Below, piece by piece: positions 8,705 to 19,170 of a stretch of DNA of 37,793 bases. Each line of letters opens with the position of its first letter. Position 1 is the stretch's first letter. The notes under the pieces were generated by a model. The model was not told the origin of the DNA, ran no database searches, and saw nothing but the letters and a program-made list of their open reading frames with translations. Made by a program: the position numbers and the translations under genes. Source of the stretch: a virus; UHGV virus genome UHGV-0272092; one strand, 5' to 3'.

Positions 8705-8733
8705 GGCCGCGAAAGCGGCCTGTGACATGTCAC
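8705..8733 (+). promoter_or_regulatory. GNRA-loop hairpin GGCCGC-GAAA-GCGGCC followed by palindrome GTGACATGTCAC (8722-8733)
   Basis: Read from sequence immediately after the stop of the 8440-8697 gene; no T-run follows. Confidence 0.5.
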
Positions 8734-8890
8734 GCTCACGTTATGACAAGCCTATGTACCCTGCTACACCAGATAATATCATAATAACTGCAACAGCAAA
8801 TTCGCCATCGTCAATGATACATTTACGGTTCATAACGCCAAGTGCAACAAGCGCAAACACAACAAGAATAAAAGCAATCATTTCTCATCC

Positions 8891-11365
8891 TTATTGCGGA
8901 GTGACATCCTGTGGTCGCCACCAGTATGTCTGGTTAAACTCTTTCTTCGAACGTTGCTCCATTTTACGCAAATAACCTGGTGAAAAATACTCCTGCATCT
9001 GGTTAAAGATCATGTGATCGAGAGCCGCCTTCAAGTACCAGAGATTCGCACCTGGCATCAGACCTTTCCCCAGCTTAACCAGATCACCACCAGTCTGCTC
9101 ACTCTTCCCTTCCACAGCATTTAACGGTATGCCCTGAGCAATCTTCACTACGTCATCAACCAGACCAGCTACCGGGCCAAGCATCGACGCCAGCGCGCCG
9201 CTTCCGTACCTAGTGTGATCTGACAATAAAAAGTCACCGTAAAGGCCAAGACCACCACCTTTCAGTAGAGCACCAAGCCAAAATTTAGCAGCATCTTCTC
9301 CTGTCATCTCGCGAGGATTACGACCAGACGCAAGGTCGTTAAGTTGCTGCGACAAAGCGCCAAGAATGGTCGTACTGGCAATAAACGTCGCAATATATGC
9401 CGCACGCCCACCAGCAGACGGCATACCCATAGCGCGTGACCAGTGACGCATAACCACCGAGATAGGGAACGATTTAAACAGGAAAACACTTCTCGTTAAT
9501 TCACCTTTCCATGTTCCACGCTGAATACCAGAACCGGTTATCAGTTGCTCACGTGCTCCCGGTGTAATAACAGCCATATCAACTTCTTCAGTTACGGCAC
9601 CGAGCAGTTTACGCATTGCCTCAAATTTCACGCGTTCAGGCTCACCAAGATGTTTAACTGCTGAATCAGGGATACGCATAATGCTTTCCGGTGTCAGCAT
9701 CGTATTATTACCGTTCCCCCAGTCCTCCTGTTTCGCCAGCTTCCATACGCTCCAGTCTGTGTCAGTAATCCCTTTGCTTTTCAGGATACGAAAATCAGAG
9801 TCATCGAGGCTACGAAGGTCTGGTGTACGTGACACTACTTCTCCCAGGCTTCCCATCATGGTTACGCCATAGGCGCGCTTGTGCGCATCTGACCATGCTG
9901 TAAGCCCACTGGCACGCATTACCGCCGTTGCCGCCCAACGAGACACTGACGGCCCCATATTATCCATCGCCCAGCGGTTAACGCTGCCAAGTAGAGATTC
10001 CATCGCCAGACCAGCGCGGCGCGCCCGCGCAAGTTCTGTACGGTTCGTTGGGTCCATAGCTTCAAGCTGGTTGCGGAATAACTGGTTCATTGGAAGGTTG
10101 GTAACCTTCGCAGACAGATACATGGTTCCAAGATCAGAGAACGATGACAGCAACGCGGATCCGAGTCTGCTGGCAACCAGCCAGTTGCGGATATTGTCAG
10201 ACCATCGCGCGATGTGCGGATTCGCTACAGGCTGTGTCTTTCCGGAAATAAAGTTGTACAGATTCTCTGTGTTGTTCGCCAGCCGCTCGACTTTACCGGT
10301 TTTACTCGGGTTAGCTGTTGCCGTTTCTGCCTTCACCTGATCAAGAAGAGAGCGGAAAACATGATCGGGGTTTGGGCCATATGTTTCCACCAGTGCAATA
10401 TCTTTACTGATACCTTCCAGGTGACCGACCATGATTTCCCATAGAGAGCGATCGCCATAAAGTTGCTGATATTGCAGATAGGAATCTGCATCTTTGAAAT
10501 GTATCTGTCGTGATGCATTACCACGGTTAGCACGTGCGCCGGAAATTCGCATTCCGGTATCAGTAAGCTTATTCAGCCCACCAGTAGCGATCGTGTTATA
10601 AGCCTCTCCAAGAAATGAAGACAACTCGGCATCGTTCATCAGTTGTCCATCGGCTCGGATATAATATTTGCGATCCAGCTTACCTATAACATCGCTAACC
10701 CACTTATCCTTTGATACTGCCCCAACCTTTTCCATAGAATGATGTTGAGGGATCCCCCAGTTTTCGAGATAGCCAATGTCCCCACCAGCATCATTAAACC
10801 GGCGGCGCAGCAGCTCTGTAACTTCTCTCCACGCCTTAGCACCGTTTCTTGCTTTAGCATTGCCAGTATTTTGCCCCCGCATTTCATATACCAGGTCACG
10901 TACGCCCGCTTCATCTTCAAACAGACCAAAAAAGCGAGGATCAACTGCTTCGAATGCCTCCTGCAATTGACTCAATGCATAATCACGGGTGGCTTTTGTT
11001 CTGGATTCAACAGAGAGGAAATTAGATTTACCGTCTGCATTAAAAGCTATAGTACGGTTAAGAGCGCCAAGTTTCCCATCAGCCCCTTGATAGCTATTGA
11101 TAAATTTATCCAATCTCTGACGCGCGGCTATAGTGAGAGCCACACGACGTTTCTTTAATGCCGCTTCTCGCTGTAATTCTTCAGATGCCAATTGTGCTGC
11201 TCGATATAGCCGCTCTGATTCGGAAAGTTGTCTCCACGACATCGGGTCATCACGAGCAATGGAGCGCATATTTCGATAAATGCGGTCTTCAATGTTCTGT
11301 ATTTCTCGCGCCGTTAACGTGCGCTGCGCCGCCTGCTGGACCGCTTGTATACATTCCTGTCTCAT
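8891..11365 (-). CDS. internal virion / ejection protein (824 aa)
   Basis: Large protein in the block between tail tube and tailspike, matching the T7 gp15/gp16 position. Confidence 0.5.
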   Translation of the reverse strand: MRQECIQAVQQAAQRTLTAREIQNIEDRIYRNMRSIARDDPMSWRQLSESERLYRAAQLASEELQREAALKKRRVALTIAARQRLDKFINSYQGADGKLGALNRTIAFNADGKSNFLSVESRTKATRDYALSQLQEAFEAVDPRFFGLFEDEAGVRDLVYEMRGQNTGNAKARNGAKAWREVTELLRRRFNDAGGDIGYLENWGIPQHHSMEKVGAVSKDKWVSDVIGKLDRKYYIRADGQLMNDAELSSFLGEAYNTIATGGLNKLTDTGMRISGARANRGNASRQIHFKDADSYLQYQQLYGDRSLWEIMVGHLEGISKDIALVETYGPNPDHVFRSLLDQVKAETATANPSKTGKVERLANNTENLYNFISGKTQPVANPHIARWSDNIRNWLVASRLGSALLSSFSDLGTMYLSAKVTNLPMNQLFRNQLEAMDPTNRTELARARRAGLAMESLLGSVNRWAMDNMGPSVSRWAATAVMRASGLTAWSDAHKRAYGVTMMGSLGEVVSRTPDLRSLDDSDFRILKSKGITDTDWSVWKLAKQEDWGNGNNTMLTPESIMRIPDSAVKHLGEPERVKFEAMRKLLGAVTEEVDMAVITPGAREQLITGSGIQRGTWKGELTRSVFLFKSFPISVVMRHWSRAMGMPSAGGRAAYIATFIASTTILGALSQQLNDLASGRNPREMTGEDAAKFWLGALLKGGGLGLYGDFLLSDHTRYGSGALASMLGPVAGLVDDVVKIAQGIPLNAVEGKSEQTGGDLVKLGKGLMPGANLWYLKAALDHMIFNQMQEYFSPGYLRKMEQRSKKEFNQTYWWRPQDVTPQ

Positions 11366-11370
11366 TTAAT

Positions 11371-13173
11371 TTAACCTCTCAAGAAACACGCCACAGCGAC
11401 ATCAAACAGGCTGGAATCCTGTATTGCCTGCTCACTTTCCCTGTTCGCTTCATCCAGTACTTCACGCGCGCTGCGCGATTGTGGATTACCATCATCATCC
11501 AGCACGGTGATTATCATGTCCGGATATTCAAGCAGCGAGTCTTCAGCTATACGCAGATCAATATCTCCTGCCGGATCTGCCATCATTTTTTGTTCTGTCT
11601 GTTGCAATATCTTACCGGGATCAAAAGGAGCTACTTCGTCTGGCGTCCTGACCTCTGCTGTTTTATAGAATGAAACAGCCTGAGCATTAAGTTCACTTTC
11701 TGCCTGCTGTCTCCGAGCCAGTTCTGCTCGAGCTTCAAAAAACTGACCGCCAGGCTCATGCGGTGCCAACGCGTTACGGGAAAATTCCAGGCGTTCTTGT
11801 GCCTGCCGGATTCGTTGGTCAATATCCCGAAGTCTGGCCTGTTTATCTGATCGAGCACGAGACAAAGCTTTACCGCTACCGGCTGGATCTTCTGCAAGAA
11901 TTTGTGCGCGCTGTTCAGTGAGATTTTCAATAATTCGTTGGCTATTAGCGATTTCAGACTGGTAAACCTGTCTATCGCCACGCGGCAAAAGCTGCGCGGC
12001 CTGTTCTTCAAGCAACCGATTTTCTATAGCGCGCGCCGTTACTCCATCATCTACAGATGACAGAGCCTCATTAACTGCCTGAGACAGCAGACTCTTGCGT
12101 CCAGGAATTTCACTGAAAGATGCAGACTCAACAATGCTGGCAACGTCTACAGGTCTCCCCTGGCTAACATCAGACATGGCTTTTCGCAGAGCCTGAATGT
12201 GCGAATTACGCGAAAGCACGTTGATCGGCACGCCGGGAGCAATATCAATTTCAGCATGATGAGCGGCATTCGCCGCCAGTGCAGCATCGATATCAACTGG
12301 TGAAAAATTTGGTGCGCTTGTAGACTCGCCGCGAGAGTTAATAAATCTGCCGACACCACCAAACGCCACCCCAAGAACAGCATCAATAGCAATTGCCTGT
12401 CGATCCAACACATCATACTGGTTAGCCATTTCGCTATAGCCACCATCACGAAGCGTTTTTGCAGTAAGCCCACGCTGTGCCATACCGAACGCAATATTTG
12501 TACCTGCGGCATAGGCAATATCTGGCGTTGCACGTACTGCTGTTGCTGCGGCGCGTCGCACTGAACTTTCACCCGTCCGCGCAAGCTGAGCCGCCACACC
12601 TTCCGCCAGCGCACCACCAGCACGTAACCCGAGGCTCATAGGGATCAGTGTTCCGGCACCAGCAGTAATACCCTGCACTAATCCCGCTTCCTGCGCCGTC
12701 CTGAAATCAACACCCTGTGCTGTAAGCCGTTCAAACTCAGAAAAACCCTGTAGAGAAGTTACCGCCGCAGCACCTCCGACCGGACCACCGAGCGTTGTAC
12801 CGACAACAGCCTGCCCGCCCATATCGAACAACCCATAAAGGACCTGCCCGGCGGTTCCGGTTGTCGCGGCATCAGGCGTCAGCCGCTTAACCTGCTGCTC
12901 TGCTAGTTTTCTCTGCTCAGCAATGTATGAAACTGAAGTGTCATTGATCGAGGTGTTTTCGTTAACAAACTGAGCAATCGGGGATACGATTTTATCCATC
13001 CCTGCCCATAGCAACTGATCTGGCTTTGCCACCAGCCCGGAGTACAAACCAGACAATGCCGCTCCTACAGCATTGTCGAAAAAACCAACATCGCTGTTAA
13101 AGCCAGCTGGATTTGATGCTGCTTCGTCAAGCTGCTGATTCTGGTTTACTGGATTAAGGCCAAAGTAACTCAT
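11371..13173 (-). CDS. internal virion / ejection protein (600 aa)
   Basis: Position and size; Gly/Ala-rich low-complexity regions; translationally coupled to the upstream gene (4-nt overlap). Confidence 0.5.
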   Translation of the reverse strand: MSYFGLNPVNQNQQLDEAASNPAGFNSDVGFFDNAVGAALSGLYSGLVAKPDQLLWAGMDKIVSPIAQFVNENTSINDTSVSYIAEQRKLAEQQVKRLTPDAATTGTAGQVLYGLFDMGGQAVVGTTLGGPVGGAAAVTSLQGFSEFERLTAQGVDFRTAQEAGLVQGITAGAGTLIPMSLGLRAGGALAEGVAAQLARTGESSVRRAAATAVRATPDIAYAAGTNIAFGMAQRGLTAKTLRDGGYSEMANQYDVLDRQAIAIDAVLGVAFGGVGRFINSRGESTSAPNFSPVDIDAALAANAAHHAEIDIAPGVPINVLSRNSHIQALRKAMSDVSQGRPVDVASIVESASFSEIPGRKSLLSQAVNEALSSVDDGVTARAIENRLLEEQAAQLLPRGDRQVYQSEIANSQRIIENLTEQRAQILAEDPAGSGKALSRARSDKQARLRDIDQRIRQAQERLEFSRNALAPHEPGGQFFEARAELARRQQAESELNAQAVSFYKTAEVRTPDEVAPFDPGKILQQTEQKMMADPAGDIDLRIAEDSLLEYPDMIITVLDDDGNPQSRSAREVLDEANRESEQAIQDSSLFDVAVACFLRG

Positions 13174-15683
13174 TGCGGAATATCTCCGGAGAATCTCTGA
13201 CGCTTCTGTGTCAGATTAAGAACAACGGGAGAACCATCATCTTTCAGCAGATAACCAGTACCAAGTTTCACCAGGTACTGACTATCGCCGTAACTTTGCA
13301 AACCATACTGACCAGGCGGTGTTTTTATCCCGGAGCCGACAACTTGTTCATTCCAAGCCTGATTAACCTGCTTATCGAATTGCTCTGCAGACATTCCCCA
13401 CGGCAAAAGGACATTCCCCATTCCGTTATAGTCATGCACGCCACCTGTAGCTACGTTAACAGCCTGTTTCCAGACATCATTGTCAATTTCGCCTGATACC
13501 ACGCCTTTTTTCGCCATCACACCAGCGTAATAATCCTTTGCGATCTCGTATGCCATTGATGCGCCCTGAGCGTCACCAGCAAATGCATCCTTCACCATGT
13601 CAGAAAACTCAAGGCGAAGATCAGCATCTTTAGGCATCGGAATACCTTTCGCATCATCAGTACCTTTACGAGCCGCCGCGCCAGCAAGAATTGTCTGCGC
13701 AGCGGTTTCAGGAGACACGGAAACATCCGGATTAAACCAGTTTTTTTCTGCCAAAATACCACCAGGCTTATCCATCAGTATCCCGGCAACGGCAGCAGAT
13801 GGAGCGTTGGCACTGATCTGCTGTAGTGCTGACATATACACCTGCCCACCACCAGTGCTCTGCCTGATGGTATCGAGATATGCTGCCTGTTGGGAAACTG
13901 GAGCATCACGAAAGAAAACACCGATCTGATTGGCCTCGTCTTTGGAAAAGAACGTCAGTGGAGTGCCATATGACTTAGCAAGGTCACTGACCTGAGCGGC
14001 ACGCAAGGCAACGCTCTGTCCAAAGTTATCCTTATTGCTCATGTCGATAGGCTTTGCCTGTCGGGAGGCAAGAGAGAACTGCACAGGATCCGACTGCCGC
14101 TGCTTTATCACCTGATTTGCAGCCGAAACAACGTTGTCATAAAGAGTTGCGCGTGCCGCATACCCCTCCCCTGTATCACCAGTATCCGGGCGTAATTGCT
14201 CAACATATGCTGTAATGCTGCTTGTCGGCATGTTGCGGAAAGAGCCTATATACTGTCCGGCGATCTGCGTATTCTTAAACTCGGTATATCGCAGGTTTCC
14301 TTCTCTGACTCCATAAGCTGCAATAAAATCATCCTCACCAGGTGGGTTAGGAAATTCAATGCCACGCATATACGCAGCCGTCGCATCGCGAACCCGGCTG
14401 TCGAGCATCGTTTTATATTCAGCCTGCTGTTGTCTGGCTAGTGCATCAGTCTGTCGCAACACGCTGGCCTGATCTGATTCACTTAAAGCATCGAACCAGG
14501 CTACACCGGTATAACGTTTATTTTTTGTCGGTAGCTGAGAAAGCCCCAGCGCAGCACTAACACCTGCAGTTAACTGCTGATCACTGTATGGCTGGCTACC
14601 GTTTTCATGATGGATAATGGCTGCACAAAGCGCCTTCAGGGTATCAGGATTTGATGCATCGAGAGGCTCATCAGCAGAAACGCCAAGTTGTTCGCACACT
14701 GCTTTGATATACGACATAGTGTCATTTTTATCAGTAGGCGGTGCCCAGCGATTAATTATCTCGCTGACGGTATCAATACCCTGCCGCTGATACGACATCA
14801 GGTTCCGCCCTAATGCACGAATACCGTGTTCAGGGGTTTCGAATTTGGCAAAGCGACCATCATCACCAGTCTGCCCAACCCACGGATTAGTTTTGCTGTA
14901 TTCAAGATTGCCGGGGTTATTGTTGCGTATACCGCGGGTACGATCGGAAGAGCCACTATCTGCTACAGCACGGCGAGAACCAGCAGCAGTATCGCTTAAC
15001 TCGCCGTTTTGCTGTCTTACCTGAAGATAGTTTGCTCCAATAGCATTTTGAGCAGTTGCTTTTGCTGTTGCTTCTTTAAACTCGATTTTCTTGGCCTGGA
15101 TTTGCTCGTCACTCCAGCCATGTGCAATGCCGTAATCCTCAATTTGCTGGAAAGTTTGCTTATTAGCCAATACGTATGCGGCGTTGTCGCCATACAATGC
15201 TGCGGCATTTTTACCATTGTTCAGCAGCGTAGCCTGAAACTGGCCTTCTTCGTAGGCATTTATTTGCCCTATCTCGTGCCGCCCGGCCTGCGTAGTGAAC
15301 TGAATGCGCTGCTGCTGCGCCTGCTGCATGAAAGCATTACGAGCCTGTTCATCCGGCAGCGACATAGCCAGTTGTTCGACCTGAGCATCAAACTGCTGCG
15401 TATACTCCTGACCTTTTCCAATAGCATTTTTCCCTTTCAGGTTAAGCAAACCTGTTTCAGGGTTATTCAGCAGATCGCTGCTTATCTGGCTTAAGCTAAG
15501 AGAAGCATCCTGAGCCATAGCAACATTCGCACGCTGTTTTGCCTGCGCAATAATACCTGCATATTGCTCTGCAACATCGCCAAGTACATCACCGACATTT
15601 GGTGTCTGAAACGATGAGAATCCCTGCGTCGAAATCCCTCTGCTCTGAACCTGACGGCCCGATGTTGTTGGTACAACTGGCAT
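13170..15683 (-). CDS. internal virion protein (837 aa), possible cell-wall-interacting domain
   Basis: Position; contains conserved-looking segment GIRNNNPGNLEY...HGIRALGRNLMSYQRQGIDTVSEIINRWAP whose function I cannot assign. Confidence 0.5.
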   Translation of the reverse strand: MPVVPTTSGRQVQSRGISTQGFSSFQTPNVGDVLGDVAEQYAGIIAQAKQRANVAMAQDASLSLSQISSDLLNNPETGLLNLKGKNAIGKGQEYTQQFDAQVEQLAMSLPDEQARNAFMQQAQQQRIQFTTQAGRHEIGQINAYEEGQFQATLLNNGKNAAALYGDNAAYVLANKQTFQQIEDYGIAHGWSDEQIQAKKIEFKEATAKATAQNAIGANYLQVRQQNGELSDTAAGSRRAVADSGSSDRTRGIRNNNPGNLEYSKTNPWVGQTGDDGRFAKFETPEHGIRALGRNLMSYQRQGIDTVSEIINRWAPPTDKNDTMSYIKAVCEQLGVSADEPLDASNPDTLKALCAAIIHHENGSQPYSDQQLTAGVSAALGLSQLPTKNKRYTGVAWFDALSESDQASVLRQTDALARQQQAEYKTMLDSRVRDATAAYMRGIEFPNPPGEDDFIAAYGVREGNLRYTEFKNTQIAGQYIGSFRNMPTSSITAYVEQLRPDTGDTGEGYAARATLYDNVVSAANQVIKQRQSDPVQFSLASRQAKPIDMSNKDNFGQSVALRAAQVSDLAKSYGTPLTFFSKDEANQIGVFFRDAPVSQQAAYLDTIRQSTGGGQVYMSALQQISANAPSAAVAGILMDKPGGILAEKNWFNPDVSVSPETAAQTILAGAAARKGTDDAKGIPMPKDADLRLEFSDMVKDAFAGDAQGASMAYEIAKDYYAGVMAKKGVVSGEIDNDVWKQAVNVATGGVHDYNGMGNVLLPWGMSAEQFDKQVNQAWNEQVVGSGIKTPPGQYGLQSYGDSQYLVKLGTGYLLKDDGSPVVLNLTQKRQRFSGDIPQ

Positions 15684-15695
15684 CTTATTATCCCC

Positions 15696-16235
15696 TTATC
15701 GACCGGTTGGAGTGCCAACAGCAGCAGAAATCGGCGCAGCCTTCTGAGAGAACGGGCTCCACGTTCCGCCGCCCATCTGGTATGCACCGTATGCTTTTAG
15801 TGGTGCCGTTAACAAAGTGCTGGTCATCGATGATTTAGCAGCCGACTGAGCAGCAGCCCCCTGTGCCTGAGCATTCATTCCCTGAACCTGATACCCATAT
15901 GCCTCACGCTGAGCATTATTCACTGTCGTTAACGCATCAAGAGTGCCGAACTGAGCATTATCCGCAAAAACGTCAAGAGCTGTTCCGCTACTTAATTCCG
16001 CACCGGTAGCCCCCATAGTGGCCGCCGCAGTGCCTGAGCGTTGACGCATTTCACGACGACGCTGATCCGCTTCAATATTCCCACGATTGATTGAATCCTG
16101 TGCCTGAGCTTCAGCAATTTCAGCATTCCGATCAGCTATGGCTGACTGGTATTTTGCCTGCTTGCTCTGGCTGTACATTGACGCGGCTGTGGATGCCACT
16201 GTGACGGCAACCAAAGCGATGGCTGGGTTACACAT
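15696..16235 (-). CDS. internal virion protein B-like (179 aa, N-terminal TM segment)
   Basis: Hydrophobic N-terminus AIALVAVTVASTAA; size and position parallel T7 gp14. Confidence 0.45.
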   Translation of the reverse strand: MCNPAIALVAVTVASTAASMYSQSKQAKYQSAIADRNAEIAEAQAQDSINRGNIEADQRRREMRQRSGTAAATMGATGAELSSGTALDVFADNAQFGTLDALTTVNNAQREAYGYQVQGMNAQAQGAAAQSAAKSSMTSTLLTAPLKAYGAYQMGGGTWSPFSQKAAPISAAVGTPTGR

Positions 16236-16699
16236 TATTTTCTCTCCATGTGAAATCTGTGGAAATTAAGACCAAGAGCACCATAAGGCGCGGCTTCTTC
16301 AAGCCTGAATCCAAGCCAGTGCAGCCATGCTTTGGCAACATGGTTTCGCTCGTCGACGTAGTTTTCCAGGCGCGGATAAACTGCCAGCATCTGCTGCAAT
16401 ACAGGGCGGCAGTGGCGAAGAAATGTCTTCTGATATTTTTCAATACGGCTGGTTCCTACCAGCCAGGGCGTACCATTGCCACCGATCATTGACGCCGGAG
16501 ATACGCCAAACATGGTTACCAGTTCTCCGTTCGCAAATCCTGACCAGGCCATAGTCGCAGTACGCAGACCAACACGCAGCGCATCTTCGGTAGTCATCAG
16601 TGATACCGCATACAGTTCGTCAATATCAGCCTGACGAACATCCGGCAAAATCATCTGAAGATGCTCTTCGGTTGCGGGAATAATTTGAACATTGATCAT
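16235..16699 (-). CDS. internal virion protein A-like (154 aa)
   Basis: Size and position parallel T7 gp13; overlapping start/stop with neighbours. Confidence 0.4.
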   Translation of the reverse strand: MINVQIIPATEEHLQMILPDVRQADIDELYAVSLMTTEDALRVGLRTATMAWSGFANGELVTMFGVSPASMIGGNGTPWLVGTSRIEKYQKTFLRHCRPVLQQMLAVYPRLENYVDERNHVAKAWLHWLGFRLEEAAPYGALGLNFHRFHMERK

Positions 16700-19170
16700 C
16701 AGAACCCACCAACAGTAAGGCGAGGAATAACGGCAAGAACAGACAGCGGCAACGGATCAAGCTGACGGATTTTTACACGTCCGTTTTTGCCCCAGTTACT
16801 GTCCAGTTTCACTTCTACTTTTCCGGTAGCATCATCAACAGGATCATCGTAGAACTCGAATTCACGCTGTGGATATTCGTACCATTTACCGCCGGGCGTA
16901 GTCGCCCAGATGCCGCGACTGGCATTCACAACCAGAGTAACGGACGGGATCACCTGTTTTTTGTCCAGCAGCGTTTCCTGTCCGTTAATGTTGATATCCA
17001 GTGTTTCGAATTCAGCAGTTATTGGCAGGCCGATGTGCACTACAGCCCCCGGTGATTCCAGCGTGACGGCACATCCGGAAACCACTTTCTGTGGTTCCAC
17101 GTTCGCATCAGAGAGAATGTTTACGGTCTGGCCTTCAAGATGAGACAGGCCTCCAAATGTCCGGCGCGCCATCTGCCAGTTCGTGGTGGCCACATTCCTG
17201 AGGGATGGCGGGACGTTCCTGTTAGCACGAACCACTACAGCGGTATTGCTGGTTACAGAAATAATGTCGCAACGTAATTCTTTTGACACCTCATCGCCAG
17301 TATCAGGATCAGTTCCGGTATAAGGGAACTGTAGTTGCGCGCCGACATCACTACTGGTGAAGTACGCACCACCAGAAACACTGATTGTATATTCCGCGCG
17401 GTAATCCCATTCGCCAGAACCACCAGTGATGATCATCGTTCTGTCAGACGTATTTCTTCCATCATAGCTAAGGCCAGAATCAACAAAGAAAGCATCTTCA
17501 TCGCTGGTAAATAAACGGCTGGACAGTCGCTCGATGTATCTCACTGTTTGCCCGTTAACGGTTCGGTTAACGACGAAATACACCGCATCTTCATTGCCTT
17601 CGCTGATACTGCATGTGCTTTCATATTTTCCGGTACTGGATTGTGGTGCCCATGCAAAAACCTGCTGATCACGCAAATAGGTCATCACCAGTAATTTACC
17701 GTCATCACGGATGCAGAAGGCGCTGGAGTAAGGGACTATTGAGAAGCACCAGTCAACAATGCTGTGCTTCTGAAAAAGATGATTGGCAAGGATAGTAAGG
17801 TCGTTCCCCTGATAGCCGTCAACATCGAATGAGTAGGCCAGATCACGGACAACACTGCCTTTCTCCTGGACGAACAGAGCAATATTCGCCACGGCAATTG
17901 GTGGGACATTGCTCGAGCCATTTGATCCCTGAGAGCTGAATGCAAATGATGATGGGGTAAGCACTTTGTTCTGGTCGCCAGTGATGACGTACTCACCTCC
18001 GGAAGTCAGCGCCACCAGCGAACCAACATCAATCAGGTGACGGATCTCATTAACCTGACGCCCGGCATAGGTGTAGATAATTCTGTCGTCATCCTGCGTA
18101 GGATTGCTTTTGCCAAAATCCTTATAATCCCCAGTACGGCTGGCCCAGATAGTCTGAGGGAACGCAGTCGATGCGGCGAAGTAAAGACGCTGTTGATAAT
18201 AAACAACAGTGCCAGGATAACCATTAACACTGTTCCAGGCATATTTAGCCCATTTATAGCTGGCATTATCCTCGCCAACGACCTGCGAAGGGATATAGGA
18301 AATCACCTCGGCAGTTGCAGTAGTGCCATTTGCAGCAGTGATACGGGCAATGCCAAAACCACTGTGCAGATACTCCCACTCAATGCCAGTATCATCATCA
18401 CCGGATCCGCCCCAGCCATCCCATGATGTGCCTTCTGTATGCGAAGGGCGCAAAGTACCTGTTTTGCCTGCTGTAACGGCGCGATAGTAGTTACTGTCTG
18501 CACGGCGAATATCGCCAATCGACGTACTCTTACTGGTTTCCCATACAGGTACTGAATCCACTGCAGGCTGTTCCAGATAGAACAATTTGCCTACCTGCTC
18601 CGCGCCAAAAATAGAGACGCTTGCCGTTAACGTAATTGTCCCGGTGCTGGCGCTGGCATAAACCGTCACTGACTCATCAATATTGATATCTTCAAATGGC
18701 CCGTTCTTCGTTACCACATCAACCAGTTGCCAGTTGTCATGCGCATAGCGACGCAACTCTTTCGGCGGGTATGCCGGATGAACAAGCGTAAGCACGTCTG
18801 CGCTTTGCGTGAATTTAATTCGGAACAGATCGGCTTCAGTATATGGCGTGGCAATTTCATAAATAACATTGCTGCTGTTCAGCACCAACGCACCATCTTT
18901 GATAACGCGCATGTACTGGTGTCCGAACTCCAGAGCATAGGTCTGAACCGTCGAGAACTGGAACGGGATCAGGCGGCATTTCCGATTTGGGTATTTGGCG
19001 GCACCGACAAAACGCGTACCAGGTCGATTCTCAACGCCGCCATACTGCCGCACGATAAAGTTATCGCACTTGCGCAATGCCACCTGGTACTTCGCCATGT
19101 CGATACGTCCGTACAACGACGGTCCAATCTCACCACCAGCAAAGCTGGGCTGGATCCAACTGATAGCCAT
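16699..19170 (-). CDS. tail tubular protein B-like (nozzle), 823 aa
   Basis: N-terminus SWIQPSFAGGEIGPSLYGR... resembles the start of T7 gp12-type proteins as I recall them; size ~800 aa. Confidence 0.55.
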   Translation of the reverse strand: MAISWIQPSFAGGEIGPSLYGRIDMAKYQVALRKCDNFIVRQYGGVENRPGTRFVGAAKYPNRKCRLIPFQFSTVQTYALEFGHQYMRVIKDGALVLNSSNVIYEIATPYTEADLFRIKFTQSADVLTLVHPAYPPKELRRYAHDNWQLVDVVTKNGPFEDINIDESVTVYASASTGTITLTASVSIFGAEQVGKLFYLEQPAVDSVPVWETSKSTSIGDIRRADSNYYRAVTAGKTGTLRPSHTEGTSWDGWGGSGDDDTGIEWEYLHSGFGIARITAANGTTATAEVISYIPSQVVGEDNASYKWAKYAWNSVNGYPGTVVYYQQRLYFAASTAFPQTIWASRTGDYKDFGKSNPTQDDDRIIYTYAGRQVNEIRHLIDVGSLVALTSGGEYVITGDQNKVLTPSSFAFSSQGSNGSSNVPPIAVANIALFVQEKGSVVRDLAYSFDVDGYQGNDLTILANHLFQKHSIVDWCFSIVPYSSAFCIRDDGKLLVMTYLRDQQVFAWAPQSSTGKYESTCSISEGNEDAVYFVVNRTVNGQTVRYIERLSSRLFTSDEDAFFVDSGLSYDGRNTSDRTMIITGGSGEWDYRAEYTISVSGGAYFTSSDVGAQLQFPYTGTDPDTGDEVSKELRCDIISVTSNTAVVVRANRNVPPSLRNVATTNWQMARRTFGGLSHLEGQTVNILSDANVEPQKVVSGCAVTLESPGAVVHIGLPITAEFETLDININGQETLLDKKQVIPSVTLVVNASRGIWATTPGGKWYEYPQREFEFYDDPVDDATGKVEVKLDSNWGKNGRVKIRQLDPLPLSVLAVIPRLTVGGF

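Noticed and set aside
8722-8733. GTGACATGTCAC as a CRP site
   Set aside because: CRP sites are TGTGA-N6-TCACA; here the half-sites are separated by only 2-4 bp.
8664-8975. Plus-strand 103-aa ORF after the LexA-controlled gene
   Set aside because: Overlaps the 3' end of the 824-aa tail gene, has no RBS, and begins inside the hairpin/palindrome region.
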